From Camelus dromedarius (taxonomy: Eukaryota), in NCBI RefSeq assembly GCF_036321535.1, contig NC_087437.1:91762001-91826000 (forward strand): DNA of 64,000 bases, in the 5' to 3' direction. Below are positions 23,801-36,657 of this stretch, in pieces. A model generated the notes under the pieces. It saw only the letters and a list, made by a program, of their open reading frames with translations, was not told the DNA's origin and made no database searches. The translations under genes were made by a program, and so were the position numbers. Every line of letters begins with the position of its first letter. Position 1 is the stretch's first letter.

Positions 23801-25929
23801 AAAACCCTGCATAGCCTAGGAAACAAAGTGTTTACATAATACTGTGGAAGGTCAGAAGCTCAAATCCTATGATATGCCTGTATTCTGAGGGTATTTAAAT
23901 TTTTTACAGTGTCAAGTGAATCATAGCCATCTCATCCCTTAACTATTTACCATCTAAAATTTTGGCATTAACATTTTTTTAAAAAATGAATTCATGTAGC
24001 AGTATAACCTAATGTAAGTTTGAAATCATCCCTGATATTTTACATGCAAGAAACTTACCACATAAACTGGGGCTTTCAGTTGATATTTTTATATTCCTGA
24101 AGTTGAGTTCATATATTTCATTTATTATAAATTAAATTTTATTGCATTCTGAGAAAAAGCAAGGGTTAGAAGTTTTATAAAATTTTGCTTCAGTGACCTT
24201 GGTCAAATCATCCTATGAGTAATTTATTACTAGTGTGTGCTATTGTTCTAATCATCAAGAGTTAAGAAAATACTTTTCTTCCCATTAAACCAAAATCAGA
24301 ATACCTACAAAGACTTAAAAGAAACCTTTATAGTTCATATTTTCTGTGGAATAAAAATAAATACTGCTTTCAGTATACATATTAAAATTACCTTAAAATT
24401 TAATATAAGAATTTTAGCACTGCTAACAAGAATAATAGAAAAAAATTTTAAAAAATCAGAACTATTAGATGATGATGATTTTTTTTTTTAACATCAGAGT
24501 TGTAGTTGACTTTTTCCATTCATTCTTTTGCTGAGGGTCAAAATAATCCATGGTTGGTGTTTTTCTAATTCAATTAATTTTTTAAAGTGTTTTATTATAT
24601 TATTTGATTACTATACCTAACATAGAAGCCTTGGTAATATAAAAATAATTTTTGAATAAATGTTTTATATCACATTACATAATACTTTCTATAAATAACT
24701 AATTTATGAAATTAGGACTGGAACCACATGGTTCAAGTGATATATACAATTAAAACTAAGACAGAAATGGGACATAATTATTACTATAAAATGAATCTGT
24801 AGTTAAAAACATCATTAAAAAATATGTTTAAAAGCCTTAAAAATTGGCAGTTAGTACGCAGAACAGGCAGAATACATCCCACAGAAAGTTGTTTTTATTT
24901 TTGATTTTTTGAACTAGCAGAGACTCAGCTTTGAGAACCACTGATGTCACCAGGTCTTCAAGGTATTTTGGTTTGCAGTCTTTTCTAAAGTGAATCAATC
25001 AACTCAGTTACAGGAAGTGAAAATGTATAATACATCTCTTGAAGAAAAGACCTACCACCATAGCTAACTTAGGCCTTTTAAAATTCAGTTTTCCTGTATA
25101 ACTAAAAATCATCTATATAACCCGAAACCATTCTGTTTACCCATTTGTAAACCTACCATTGTCCATTTAAAGCCAAGTCTAGGACTTAAAACTTAAAATA
25201 CACACAGATCCAAATACACACGCACACACACACTTTCAGAACAGTATAAAATAAAACCTAAAATTTTAGAATAACCAACATGTTGTCAGAAAAACATGCA
25301 AGGAGCAAAAATGTTCCAAACTTATTTTTTTTCACATGTCTGACTGATTAATTGATTATACCTTTGAAACATTCCATATCAGAAAGGTATCTATTTTTAT
25401 CTAGCATAATGATTTAAAAAACTATTTTGACAGCACACAAATAGGGCACATTGCAAAAAAAAGTTAAAATCTTCTTAGATTTCAAGTTGCTGGATATGTG
25501 AAGCTTATCTTACTATACTTTTTACAGCTTACCTTTTTTCTGGAGAGATTGGGGGCGTCTCAACAATGTGAACTATTGTATTTTTCTGACAGAGTGTAGA
25601 TGATTAAGCATGTAGTAGTAATTTTAAATTCATTGCTCATTTTATTGCAAGCATTTTTATATGCAATTTGGTCATGCATTTGGTCATGAAGAAAACATCA
25701 TGAGGAAGCCCAGTGTTTCAGCACATGGAATAGATGTGTCCAGGCTAGTTTGGGAGGTTCACTGAAAGGCAGGTACACCATGGGCTCCAGAAGAGAGGAA
25801 TCATTCAGGCAAACTTTGCTGAGTCATGCAATCTTATTTAGAGGGAAATGTGATTATTAGTAAAACATTTTTTTTTACTCAAATTTTCTCCATCGATTAG
25901 CCCCATATAATAACACTCAAATTCCATAG

Positions 25930-26142
25930 CAATGGTTCTTAACTAGTGATTCTCAGTTTTGACACTCAGGAAATAAATGACAATGTCTGGAGATATCTTT
26001 GTTATATATGGCGAGAATGTTATTTGCAACTAGACAGTAGTAGTCAGGGATGTTGCTAAACATCTACACGCACCAGAAGCCCCTCGCGCCCCAACAGGAA
26101 CAGTGCCTAGAATATCAATAGTACCAACTTCAGGAAATCCTA
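25930..26142 (+). mobile_element. MER20 (hAT-Charlie) DNA transposon
   Basis: 'caatggttcttaac...gacaatgtctggagata...cagggatgttgctaaacatctac...aatatcaatagt...aaatccta', with a degenerate 8-bp TSD ttccatag/ttctagag. Confidence 0.8.
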
Positions 26143-29059
26143 TTCTAGAGAGATCCAGGCTTCAAAGACATATAATTAGAGCTTTTAGCATGAAGTAGTC
26201 TATCTTACTATGCTTCTATTTCTCTCTAAGACCTTTAAATGCAGATAGAGGTAGAGACATTCCATTTCTTATCATGCATTACAAATTTCAAAGGGCACAA
26301 AGCATTTTTGGCTTCATGAAACATCAAGAAAGATGCTTGATGGTCTGTCATGTCAGAATTCTACTTGATTATAAGGCTTCCTTTGGTTGTAGATATAATC
26401 CAAGTTGAGTTGGACCAACTCGGTATATGTGGCAGATAAGCTATGCGGGGAAGGGAAGAATAGCAGCAGAAATGGCAGCAGTGACTTTTAGAAACAATCC
26501 TTAGCACCGATTTCAACATTCTCAAACAGGTAGATATTGTAAAATAATAATTTTTAAATGTTTTGGATTAAATATGTATGTCAAGGAAATAAGGAAGCCC
26601 TACCAAAATGGGAGGAAGGTAATTAGATTTGCCAGTGAGCTGGAATAGGATATGAAGAAGGTGGTTGGTAACGCCAAAAATAAAGTTTTCTTTTTGTTAA
26701 CAGTTACAGTCACGCACTGGTGAACAAAAGCTTACTATTTGGAAATTGTCTTTCTATTTTAGCAGAGGTGACTCAGAGGCTTTTTTATAACTAGACTACG
26801 CGAAAACCAGATGACTGTCTACTTAACATTTGACAGTTATTTTTGCTGTTTTCTACTGAAGGGGCACATTGCACTTTCAGAAAGCTATTCCTGGTAATGC
26901 TGAGCTACAGATTGTGAGAAGGCTGTCATTGTCCGAAGTGTGTAAAAGCCATGCCCTTAACCCGTTTCACCGTCTTTTCTTGTCAGAGTGGTGTTGACTC
27001 AATGTCTGTGACAAATTATCATGCTGGGGAGAGAGGAGAACACACCAACTGCTTTTACTCTTCATCTTGGATCCTATGAAGACTTTAAGTTTTGTTAACC
27101 ATTTATGGAAAGAGATCTATGTGTGCCATTATCTCTTTGGTGATAGCGACAATCTTCTTTGCTCTTAAGCTGGAGGAAGATGTGGTACAAAGATAACAGG
27201 TCATTTTATCATGGAATAGTACTGAATCATAAAAAGACGCTAAACTCTTGCTTTACTGAAAGCGTGGGGTTTAAAATATCAATCTGTGCCTAAGGTCACA
27301 CAAAGGCTCAGAACCTTCTTTTATGCCTGCATTTCAAGAAAGAGATTCAGCTGCAAAGAGAACATGACTAAATCAACTGCCAGCTCTGCTTTTTCACTAA
27401 TGGGAAGTTACAAGAAGGCATCCTCAGGGACAGTAGCCACCAGTGTCCTCACCTCTTCTACTTGGGAAAAAAAAAAAAAAAGAAGCATCTTCTAGCCTTG
27501 AAATACTACCATCTAAATGTATCATTTCAGTTGTTGTTGAAGAACAGTTGCTTAATCTGATAAAACAATTTTCTCCAGAATAGAGCAGTTGGTATTAGCA
27601 TTCTCATGATAGATCAGGCCCTTGAACTGAGGAAAGGAAAACAAAGATAATTGGAAGAGTTTCTACTCATTGGCAATAGCAACTCATGGAGAAGGAGCCA
27701 TAGACTTTGTAAAATGTTGGTGTTACAATGATCTGGGGACCACAATGGAAAGTTCATTTTTCACTAGGAGAGGATAAGGTCCTTGTTTTCCCAATGTGGA
27801 ATCTCTTAGCTTGTACCCTTTGGGAATCTTAAATGAATAAGTGAGGTCCCCCAAATCTACACAAAACTACTCTCCTTTTTGAAGCTGGACAAGTTCTGTG
27901 ATGTTGCTCAAGGACATTGGAAATCTCCACATGTGTGACAGTCAAATCCTATCAGAAGAATCCTAATCAGACCTGTTTACATATCAGAGCACTTCTGGTG
28001 CTGAATATTCTGTCTCTAAGAATGGGCAACAAACCATTCAGAAATGTTATAGTCAATATACCAAGTACATTAATTCATTAAGTAGGCATTCTTAGTTTTA
28101 TTTATTTCAATCAAAGACATATGCAAAATTTTATGTTTTAAGTTTATAATACAACTTTTAATAAATTAACATAAAAACCTCCAAACCTCCCTGTAATTGC
28201 TCAATTGGAATTATGATTAGGTAAAATAAATCCTATCATTTAGTCAAGGGTATTTATTAATATCTCATTTTATCTCATTAAAATAAAGAAATCCTTATTT
28301 TAACACATGTTATGAGAAATAAATTCAGGTCTTAATGGAAGACAATAACAGATATGTTTTTTTCATGGTGTGAAGTTATTAAGAGTATCCAAACTTTTTT
28401 TTCTAAATTAGCCATAGTTTGTCTATAGTATTTCCAGAAGTTTTCTAGGATCACCTAGAGGTACCAACTTACAAAATGATAACCTTGAATTCCACAAAGG
28501 ATAGGATCTAGGTAATCTGCTATTGTGTCCTCATAATTAACGATTTAACTTATTTATTTTTTAAAGATTGTGGGTTTGTAGCCATCTTTTCCTAATTGAT
28601 AACCCCCTTGGGCTTGAAGCAGGGCATTTGACTACGTCTCTTACTTGCACTTTTCATTGGAAAAAACTAAGACATCAGTGTGCAAGTCTGAATTAAAGAG
28701 TTAACTCTACCTAAAGTTGCTTGGCTGGCCTGTTAGACTTTGTCCACTTTACATGCTAGAAATAAAATCTAATATCTAACAAACTGGCCAAGTAGCAGTA
28801 GTGGTTTAGTAACTCTCAGTTTTTTTCCCTTAAACACAGAGTCAGTGGAGAAGTAACCAGATGTTAGTATTAAAAATCAAAATTTAATTCTGTTGCACAT
28901 TCAGGTTCCTGTTAGCAGTGAGATTCTAGCCTCTCACTATACATTAGACTGTTCAACTCTGGCTACAAATCTTGTCTGATGATCTTTATCTTGTAATAAT
29001 CAAAGAAACAAATAAGAATTGTGTAACTTTTCTTTGAGGTAAATATCTCCTAAATATAT

Positions 29060-29185
29060 TTTCTAATCTCCTACTAGACAGCAGGCTCTTTAAGGAAAGT
29101 GATGGTGTGTTTGTACTTTCATTACCCAGAATGAATCTTTGCAAGTAGCAGTGACATAGTAATTACTTCTGAAACCGAATTGACT
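29060..29185 (+). mobile_element. L2 3' end fragment
   Basis: 'tctcctactagacagcaggctctttaaggaaag...tgtgtttgt' resembles the L2 terminal motif (ctagactgtgagctccttgagggcagg). Confidence 0.5.
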
Positions 29186-29592
29186 GATTTCATCACTAAA
29201 CTTTTTGACAGATTGCGCTACACAACTTGTTTATATTTTCATACTGACTTTATCTCTTATAAAATTGCTTCAATTCTAAAAACCCCTTAGAAATTTATTT
29301 TTAAGTGTTCAAAGTCCTTGTAATTGGCTAACCCATACTATTATCTTACACTTTCCACTTCCTCATGGTATGCAACTATCTTCTTAAAATATATCTCCCT
29401 TTCAGGGTGAAGGTCTGAAATGATTATTTTCTGTCTCCATTTTCTTCTACTGATTCTATTTGATTATTCTGTATCTTATCAATATTAAATATAAAAAGAT
29501 ATCAAGTAAAATGATTTGTTCTTTCAGATCAATTGCTTTGGATAAATCTGTATTATCTAGTTTAAAATATATTATGAAACATGTCCAGTTAT

Positions 29593-32262
29593 TTCTGTCA
29601 GTTATCTTTGGGTTATAACAAAAAACCCTAAAGCATAGAAGCTTTTTAAAAAATCATTAATTTATCTCAAGATTCTGTGGGTTGAGTTATTGATTCTTCA
29701 AGTTTGAATTGGCTCAGCCAAACTTGTTTGAACTTGCTGAAGTAGCTTAAATCATCTATTATGTCAGCAGAAAGCTAGATAATTTAGGATGGTTTTAATC
29801 ATTTATCTGGATGTTGGCAGGCCATTGTTGGATTACACAATGGCTGAAATTGAGTTACATTATCTCTTATCATACATCAGACTATTTGAGAATTCTACGT
29901 ATAGCAGTTACATGATACCAAGAATAGCAAAAGTAGGCGAGCCCAAATATATAAATATTTAAGAAGTCTCTGCAGGCTTGACTTTCTTTTCTTGTGTTCC
30001 ATTGGCCAAAGAAGTCTGAAGACATACTGTATCAGTGCCAATGTGAAAGGAAACTATCAAAGTACATGCTCATAAAGAGGAGTGAAAATATTAATGAGAA
30101 CAATCTACGGTAATTTCCTTCCATTGATTTATGCCCCTCCACCAACATAAAAAATGCACAAATTAATTCACAACACTTCTAAATGTCTCATCCAACCATG
30201 ACATTGGATACCAGGATCCCATGATTTAGAATTGTATGCAGAGATAGCTTCTCAGATGTGGCTCCCATTGATTTATAGTGCAACCAATATACAATGATTA
30301 TTTAAGGACAGAGTAACAGTCATAGTCACTCACATTTAAAACTGGGAAAAATTAGAGGTGCATGGCAATCACTGTTCTATAGCAATGTGGCAGCCACATA
30401 GTCCTCTCAATTCTGAGGTCATGAAATACTTTTTTGTATATATACACTTTTTATTGAAGTATAGTCAGTTTAAAATGTGTCAATTTCTGGTGCACTGCAT
30501 AATGCTTTAGTCATACATGAACATACATATATTTGTTTTCATGTTCTTTTCACCATAAGTTATTACAAGATATTAAATGTAGTTCCCTGTGCTATAAAGT
30601 ATAAACTTGATGTTTATCTATTTTATGTATATTAGTTAGGATCTGCAAATCTTGAACTCCCAGTTTATCCCACCCCACCCCCTTCCCCAACTGGTAACCA
30701 TAAGTTTATTTTCTATGTCTTTGAGTCTATTTCTGTTTTGCAAATAAGTTTGTTTGTCTTTTTTTTTCTTAGGTTCCACATATAAGTGATATCATATGGT
30801 ATTTTTCTTTCTCTTTCTGTCTTACTTCACTTAGAATGACAATCTCCAGGTCCATCCATGTTGTGCAAATTGCATTATTTTATTTTTTTATGGCTGAGTA
30901 GTATTCAATTGTATAAATATACCACAGCTTCTTTATCCAGTCATCTGTCAGTGAACATTTAGATTTTTTCCATTTCTTGGCTATTGTAAATAGTACTTCT
31001 ATGAACGTTGGGGTGCATGTGTCCTTTTGAATCAAGGTTCCCCCTGGGTATATGCCCATGAGTGGGATTGCCGGATCATACAGTGAGTCCATTTTTAGTC
31101 TTTTGAGGAATTTCCATACTGTTTTCCATAATGGCTACACAAAACTACATTACCACCAACAGTATAGGAGGGTTCCCTTTTCTCTATAGCCTCTCCAGCA
31201 TTTATCATTTGTGGACTTTTTAATGATGACCATTGAAGTCATAAAATATTTTTTGATTCAACATATGTTCTGCCCCAAAGAAGCTTCTGGTCCATTGTTG
31301 TCTGTGGATCTCTGCCCTATGATCAAAACTTTTTTTTTTTTCCCCGTAAAAAATAAGTCATGTGTTTAGCTTAGTATTTTTCTCAACCTCCTTCCTGTTC
31401 ATAGCATGCTAGGGGCTGAAAGTCAATTTTTTAAAATTTTTCATTAGAACCCTTTTAGTCCAAGCTTGCATTACTTTCACCAATATAACTTTCTTAAATT
31501 TCTTCTGGATTTCTTCTAAACCTGATTGGTTCCTTTGTATTCCCCAATCACCACACATAATTTGGACAGTTGTCTATAAACTTTGGGAATTTCAGGCTGC
31601 TGTAAAGCAATGTTCTTAAGATTCTTAGGAGAACTTTTTCTATTGAGTGAGTATACTAGGCATCAACTTAAGTCATTTAGTAGGCGTAATCATTGGTTTT
31701 TACCTACATTTTTTACTTTCTTTTGACTTTGAGGCTATTCTTGGTCTAAAAATCTTTTGAAACTTGAGAGCCTGGAATTGATAACATGTTTTGTTTTCTA
31801 AATCAGAAAGTACTGGATCATCTATATTCTCTCTAAATTATTTTTTGTAAATTGTAATGTTCCAGTTTAGTTTATATCTTTCTTGTATAATATTATTGAC
31901 AGTTAAAGGAAGCCAATGATACTTCCAAATTTTTACATGTAAATAATCTGTCAATGTTCACAAGATCATTATATGCATTTTTTTATGTTCCAAGTTATCA
32001 CAGTCAACATTCATCATTAATTATTTCACTATTAGAAATGTAAGTAGCCCTTTTCCATGCTTTTCTAACAGTTTCCCCATTGCATTGCCAATCTCAGCTT
32101 ATTGCTTCCTGTTAAATTTAACCCACATAGTTTAAAGTTTGGTTATGGCAGCAACCCATTTCTACATTATTTCATCTATTTCTGCAGCAATTATCTGTTA
32201 CTTCATAACAAGCTATCTCAAAAAATGTTTTATTTTTCTCACAATTCTATGAGTTGGCTACC
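29593..32262 (-). mobile_element. MaLR (MLT1) LTR-internal-LTR relic, interrupted by an L1
   Basis: LTR-like start 'tgtcagttatctttgggttataacaaaaaaccctaaa' (~29596-30110). Internal-type sequence follows. The antisense MLT-int start 'ttggttatggcagcaacccatttc' (~32139-32162) abuts a second partial LTR 'aattatctgttacttcataacaag...tctcacaattctatgagttgg'. Confidence 0.7.
30431..31233 (-). mobile_element. Young 5'-truncated camelid-type LINE-1
   Basis: ORF 30880-31092(-) '[13 protein letters not shown]...QKDTCTPTFI...[21 protein letters not shown]'. Degenerate 17-bp TSD tgaggtcatgaaatact (30414-30430) / tgaagtcataaaatatt (31234-31250). Confidence 0.93.
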
Positions 32263-34109
32263 ATATTATTTATTTTAACTAATTGAGTACACATTCAATT
32301 AAAATTTAAGAGAAAGTTCAAGCAAAAAAATGTTATACAATGAATTAAAAAAGACATTAAGTTATGATTTAATCATTTTAATATTATTAAAATTCATCAA
32401 AGTATTTGGGAATGAGTATAATGGAAATTTGGGGATAATCCATAGAAATATAGGTAGCCAAAAATTTGGCACCAGGCAAGTCTTTCAGCTAATACCAAGG
32501 CACCAAGTACAGGTTTTCAGATTAAATATGACTGTTTTTTAGAAGATAATAAGGGGAAATAGTAGAAGAATAGGCTGGTCCTATTATATGAAATAAATTT
32601 ATCAATAACTCAAGCATGTGATTAAAAGTGATATTTTTAAAATTGAGAACCACAGGTGACTTAACACTTAGCTCTAGTATTCTTAGTTTAAAAGAACATC
32701 AACCTTAGAAACTAGGTCCAGGACTTCACAAAATCTGGAGGTTGGAGGCAGATAGCATCAACTTTAGGAAGAAGTTTAGATTCCATAAACCAAAAACAAT
32801 ATGGTAGTTCATATTAGATTAAGGTAAATCAGAGAGAGATGGCTGTCCTCTATATACTCAAATTGTAATCCACATGTTATAATTTTTGACCAGGAGCATT
32901 AAGAACTATCACTCATTGTCTGCTTCCAGTAATCTTGATTTCTTATGAGAGGTTTTCTACTGTCTCTTTACTTGAAAATATTAAGACTGTAAGTCTAAAT
33001 GTGGCCCTTTCTTTTCCTCATGGGTTTCTTTATAGTATTTGCTTGATTAAGTGTTTTTCAATACTCCTTGACTTCTTGGATTCTAGCAGCTGTTTGCTAT
33101 ATCTTGCTTCTCTTCTCAGTTGAGGACTTAAGTCATCCAAGTCTGGAGATATTTTGTACCAATTAAAAAATCTCACTCATAAATGCCCATTGATTCTTCC
33201 AGTTACTCAATAATTCATAACTTCAAGACAAAGGCTACTTATATTTATAGAATGGAAAGTCTTGTTACTTAGCTAAATTAATCATTTTACATTTCCTAAA
33301 CAAATGAGTGAAGTGACTCACATTTATGCAACTCTCCTTCCCATCCATAGCATCATGAAAACTGCAGAAGCGTGTCTGTGAAGGTTTCAGAACATCTTAG
33401 GGTTATTTTCAGCCATTTAGCACTTTTATCAACTACTGCTGAGTTCTATTTCCTCCTATAAGACTCATCAAATCTGATCAGATCTCATCCTCACCCCATT
33501 TGTTTTTATCAGCATGAAATATTGATAAATCCAGTGGGGATACGGGTTGAACTTGAAAAGGATGGGACACATCTGTGATATTTTCTTCTGGGATATGTTG
33601 ACAAACCTTGCCTATGTTATTTCTTCCTAGTCCTAGGCAACATGAATTACTTGAGAGAGAAAGAGTACTATTAACAGCTGTAGTCAGAGAGAGTATTCTT
33701 ATGAATACAAACAACTGACACTTTCTACACCCCTAGGGATTTATTCTTACCACAAAACTGTTGTTTAAAGGGGAAAAAAATGACTACCAGCCTTCCTGAG
33801 AAATTGGTGCTTGCCATATAATGACCAGAGAAATTTTGAAAGTCCCTGTGGATCCACATTAAAGATGTATCCATTAATCTATGTCCAAATGACTCTCCAT
33901 TCTTCTCTTAGTTTCTCAGCAGTTCTAAAGAAGAAAAACTCCAGGCATTTAGAAATCAATAATCACAGCACCAGTTTTTCTACTTCTTATGGGAGGACAT
34001 CAACAGAGAGAATTATTAAAACCAATATTAAGTTAGCAACACTAATATCCTATACCTATTCCTTTCATGTATCTGATGCATGGCATGATAAATATCTTTT
34101 TTTTTCCTT

Positions 34110-34245
34110 CAAAGATTACTGGAAGCTTGAAAGCAGAACCTGTGCTTATGTATACTTTTATCTTCAGAGCTTACTACAGGATCTGGTGTTCAGTAGATTC
34201 CTGTTAATTCTTGCATAGAATAAATAGTTGGATAAATAAATAAAC
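34110..34245 (+). mobile_element. L2 3' end fragment
   Basis: 'cttgaaagcagaacctgtgc...tctggtgttcagtagattc...gaataaatag..ataaataaa' fits the L2 terminus and tail. Confidence 0.55.
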
Positions 34246-34724
34246 GATTAAAGTATTAATTGAAGAGATATATTACTCCAGCATCATAAAAACACTGATT
34301 TTACAATTCTGTAATATTATTAGAGCAAAAGGATTATAATGGCTTTAACTTTACTCCATTTTTTTAAAACAAAATCATAAGTAAGCAGAGTTAGGAAAAA
34401 AAATCTGTTTAAATGTGACAAAGGTCTTAAGCTATTTGATATTTTGTCTAAATAACTGAGAAAGTTCTAGGATTCTACTACAATGTGTCAATATATCATG
34501 TAGATCATTGATTTGTAAATTCATCTGAAATATTCTGAGTATTTCCTTAATTAATGGAAATGAAATATGTTTATAATTAATTGGAAAGTCATGCCAGATA
34601 ATTGGTAGTATGGAAAAAAATCATTGAAAAAAATTTTGCTAGGCAATGAGTCAGTGGGCCATTCTATGTAGGTAAAAAGATTTGTATAGAACATAGAAGG
34701 CACATTGTGATCAGCCACCAGAGT

Positions 34725-35160
34725 TTATCTAAAACAAGTGTATTATTTACCTGATAGTAATAAAAAGCCTATTATAATAGTGACTTAATCAACATATAAA
34801 CATCTGTCTTCCTCAAGCAAATTGAATCTGACAACAGTCTAAAGCTTTCTAATATAGGAAGCCATCTTACTACTATCTACCTGGTCTTCCATACTTAGAA
34901 TGTTAATTTACTCCAGATTAAATTTAGATAAAAGGAACCTGAAGAATACACCCCTTCCCATTAAAGATACTTCTTGGAAAAGGCATAAATGTTCTTTCAT
35001 TCCATTGGCTAGATCTTAGCCACATGACTATAACAATTTTCAAGTAAGTCTTGGAAATATAGTGCTTATTCCAAATAGCCATGTAACCAGATAAATCCAG
35101 GATTCTATTTCTAAGAAAGAGGGGAGAAAATATTCTGGGGGAAAACTGGAGATTTTGGCT
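34725..35160 (-). mobile_element. MaLR solo LTR (MLT1J-like)
   Basis: 'cattggctagatcttagccacatgact...caagtaagtcttggaaatatagtg...ggattctatttctaagaaagaggggagaa' is typical of antisense MLT1J. Confidence 0.7.
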
Positions 35161-35264
35161 GTAAAATGAGTTAAATGTAAAATGTCTGTCTGATTTAACA
35201 GAGGGTTTTGATAGTACTAGGTCTCAAGTTTCTTGTCTGTAGGCAGATGAAATAATATACACAG

Positions 35265-35640
35265 TTGTTATGGTTAAACTTAGTCGTCAGCCTGGCTCCT
35301 CACTGTACTCAGATATTTGGTCAAACGTTATTATAGATATTTCTGTGAAGTATTTTTTAGATGAGATTAACATTTAATTCAGTAGACTTTGGATAAAGCA
35401 GATTACTCTCTGCAAAGTGAGTAGACCTTATCAAATCCTTAAGTAGAAGTCCTTAGTAGAAAAAGACTGACCTCTTCTGAAGGAGAGAGGATTCTGCCAG
35501 CATACTTCTTTCCAACTCAAACTGTAGCATCAACTCTTCTCTGGGTCCCTGGCCAACTAGCCTACACTGTAGATTCTGAACTTCCCAAACTCCAAAATAG
35601 CATAAACCAATTTCTTAAACTATCGCTCTTTCTCTGTCCC
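35265..35640 (+). mobile_element. ERVL solo LTR, MLT2 family
   Basis: 'tgttatggttaa...cagatatttggtcaaac...gatgagattaacatttaattcagtagact...aaagcagattac...attctgccagca...aaccaatttcttaaa'. Confidence 0.85.
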
Positions 35641-35879
35641 TCCTACCCCTACAAAGGCTAATAGAACAGTTTAAAGTCTAGCTGCTGCTTTATGACAAGA
35701 ATGTAAATCAGCAAACCAACAATGAATGTTAGTTACCAAGTGGTTACTCTGTTCCTTCAAGTCTCTAAATCTTCTAATAATCTCATTTGAGAATCTACCC
35801 TAACTGGAAACATACAGAAATGGAATCCTGGGAAATACAGTTAAACCTAGCCAAATTGAGACTAAAAATCGACACCCCC

Positions 35880-36350
35880 ATCCAACAGAAAAATAGGCAA
35901 ATGACAAGAATTGATAATTCATAAAAGCAAAGACAACTGGGCAAATAAAAACAAAAAAAAATGTTGTTCAAAATCTCTATTATCAGAGATTTTGCAAAGT
36001 AGATAAATTAAAATTTAGGTAAGGTTGCTAAATTGTTTGGCCAACATCAGACTTTTCACAGACATGTAGGGTGGTTTTATTCATTGTTGAGGCAAAAGAA
36101 AATTGTAACACAGTATCAAAATTTAGAGATGCATATGCGTTTTTATTCATCAAGCCTGTTTCTGTGATTTAAAAAAAAAGAAATAGAAGCATTAATATAT
36201 ATGCATGTGTGTTGGAACACAAGGCAAAGGAAGGCTACAATGTGAATTGAGAAAAATTGGGGCATAATTTTGTGTAATTTATAGAAGAATTAAAAAGAAG
36301 CAATTAAAACTATGTCAAATGACTTTAAAGTATTTACATAATGATTGAGT
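35880..36350 (+). mobile_element. Highly decayed L1ME ORF2/3'UTR fragment
   Basis: 'agaaaaataggcaaatgacaagaattgataattcata' and later motifs follow L1 3' order. Confidence 0.45.
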
Positions 36351-36657
36351 GCAAAAAAAAGTTGAAGTTTCTATAATATAAACACATTTCTGAAAGCAAG
36401 TAATAATCTTATTTTATAATATTTTATAATTTTCTATAAGTTTATAATGTATAAAGATGAAAGAGTGTTATGGCTATTGAGTGTATGTGAGGTGTAGGAT
36501 GATATTTTAGGAGAATAAAAAAATGAAATATAAAATCAAACAGAAGGGAAAAGAAAAGGAACTTCTCAGAAACCTCCTATATGTATCTATTATGTCATTT
36601 ATGTGAAATTGTATGTGTGTACATTTGCTTGTGTGATAAGTAAATTAGGAAAATAGT

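Noticed and set aside
27286..27495. Ser/Thr-rich 69-aa ORF, and a minus-strand poly(T)-AG-GTGAGG micro-exon-like pattern
   Set aside because: Non-ATG start, the ORF ends in a poly(A)-encoded Lys run, and the implied exon would be only 5-8 nt with no other support.
33478..34218. ORFs of 78 and 135 aa
   Set aside because: Non-ATG starts and no recognisable homology. The longer one runs into an L2 remnant.
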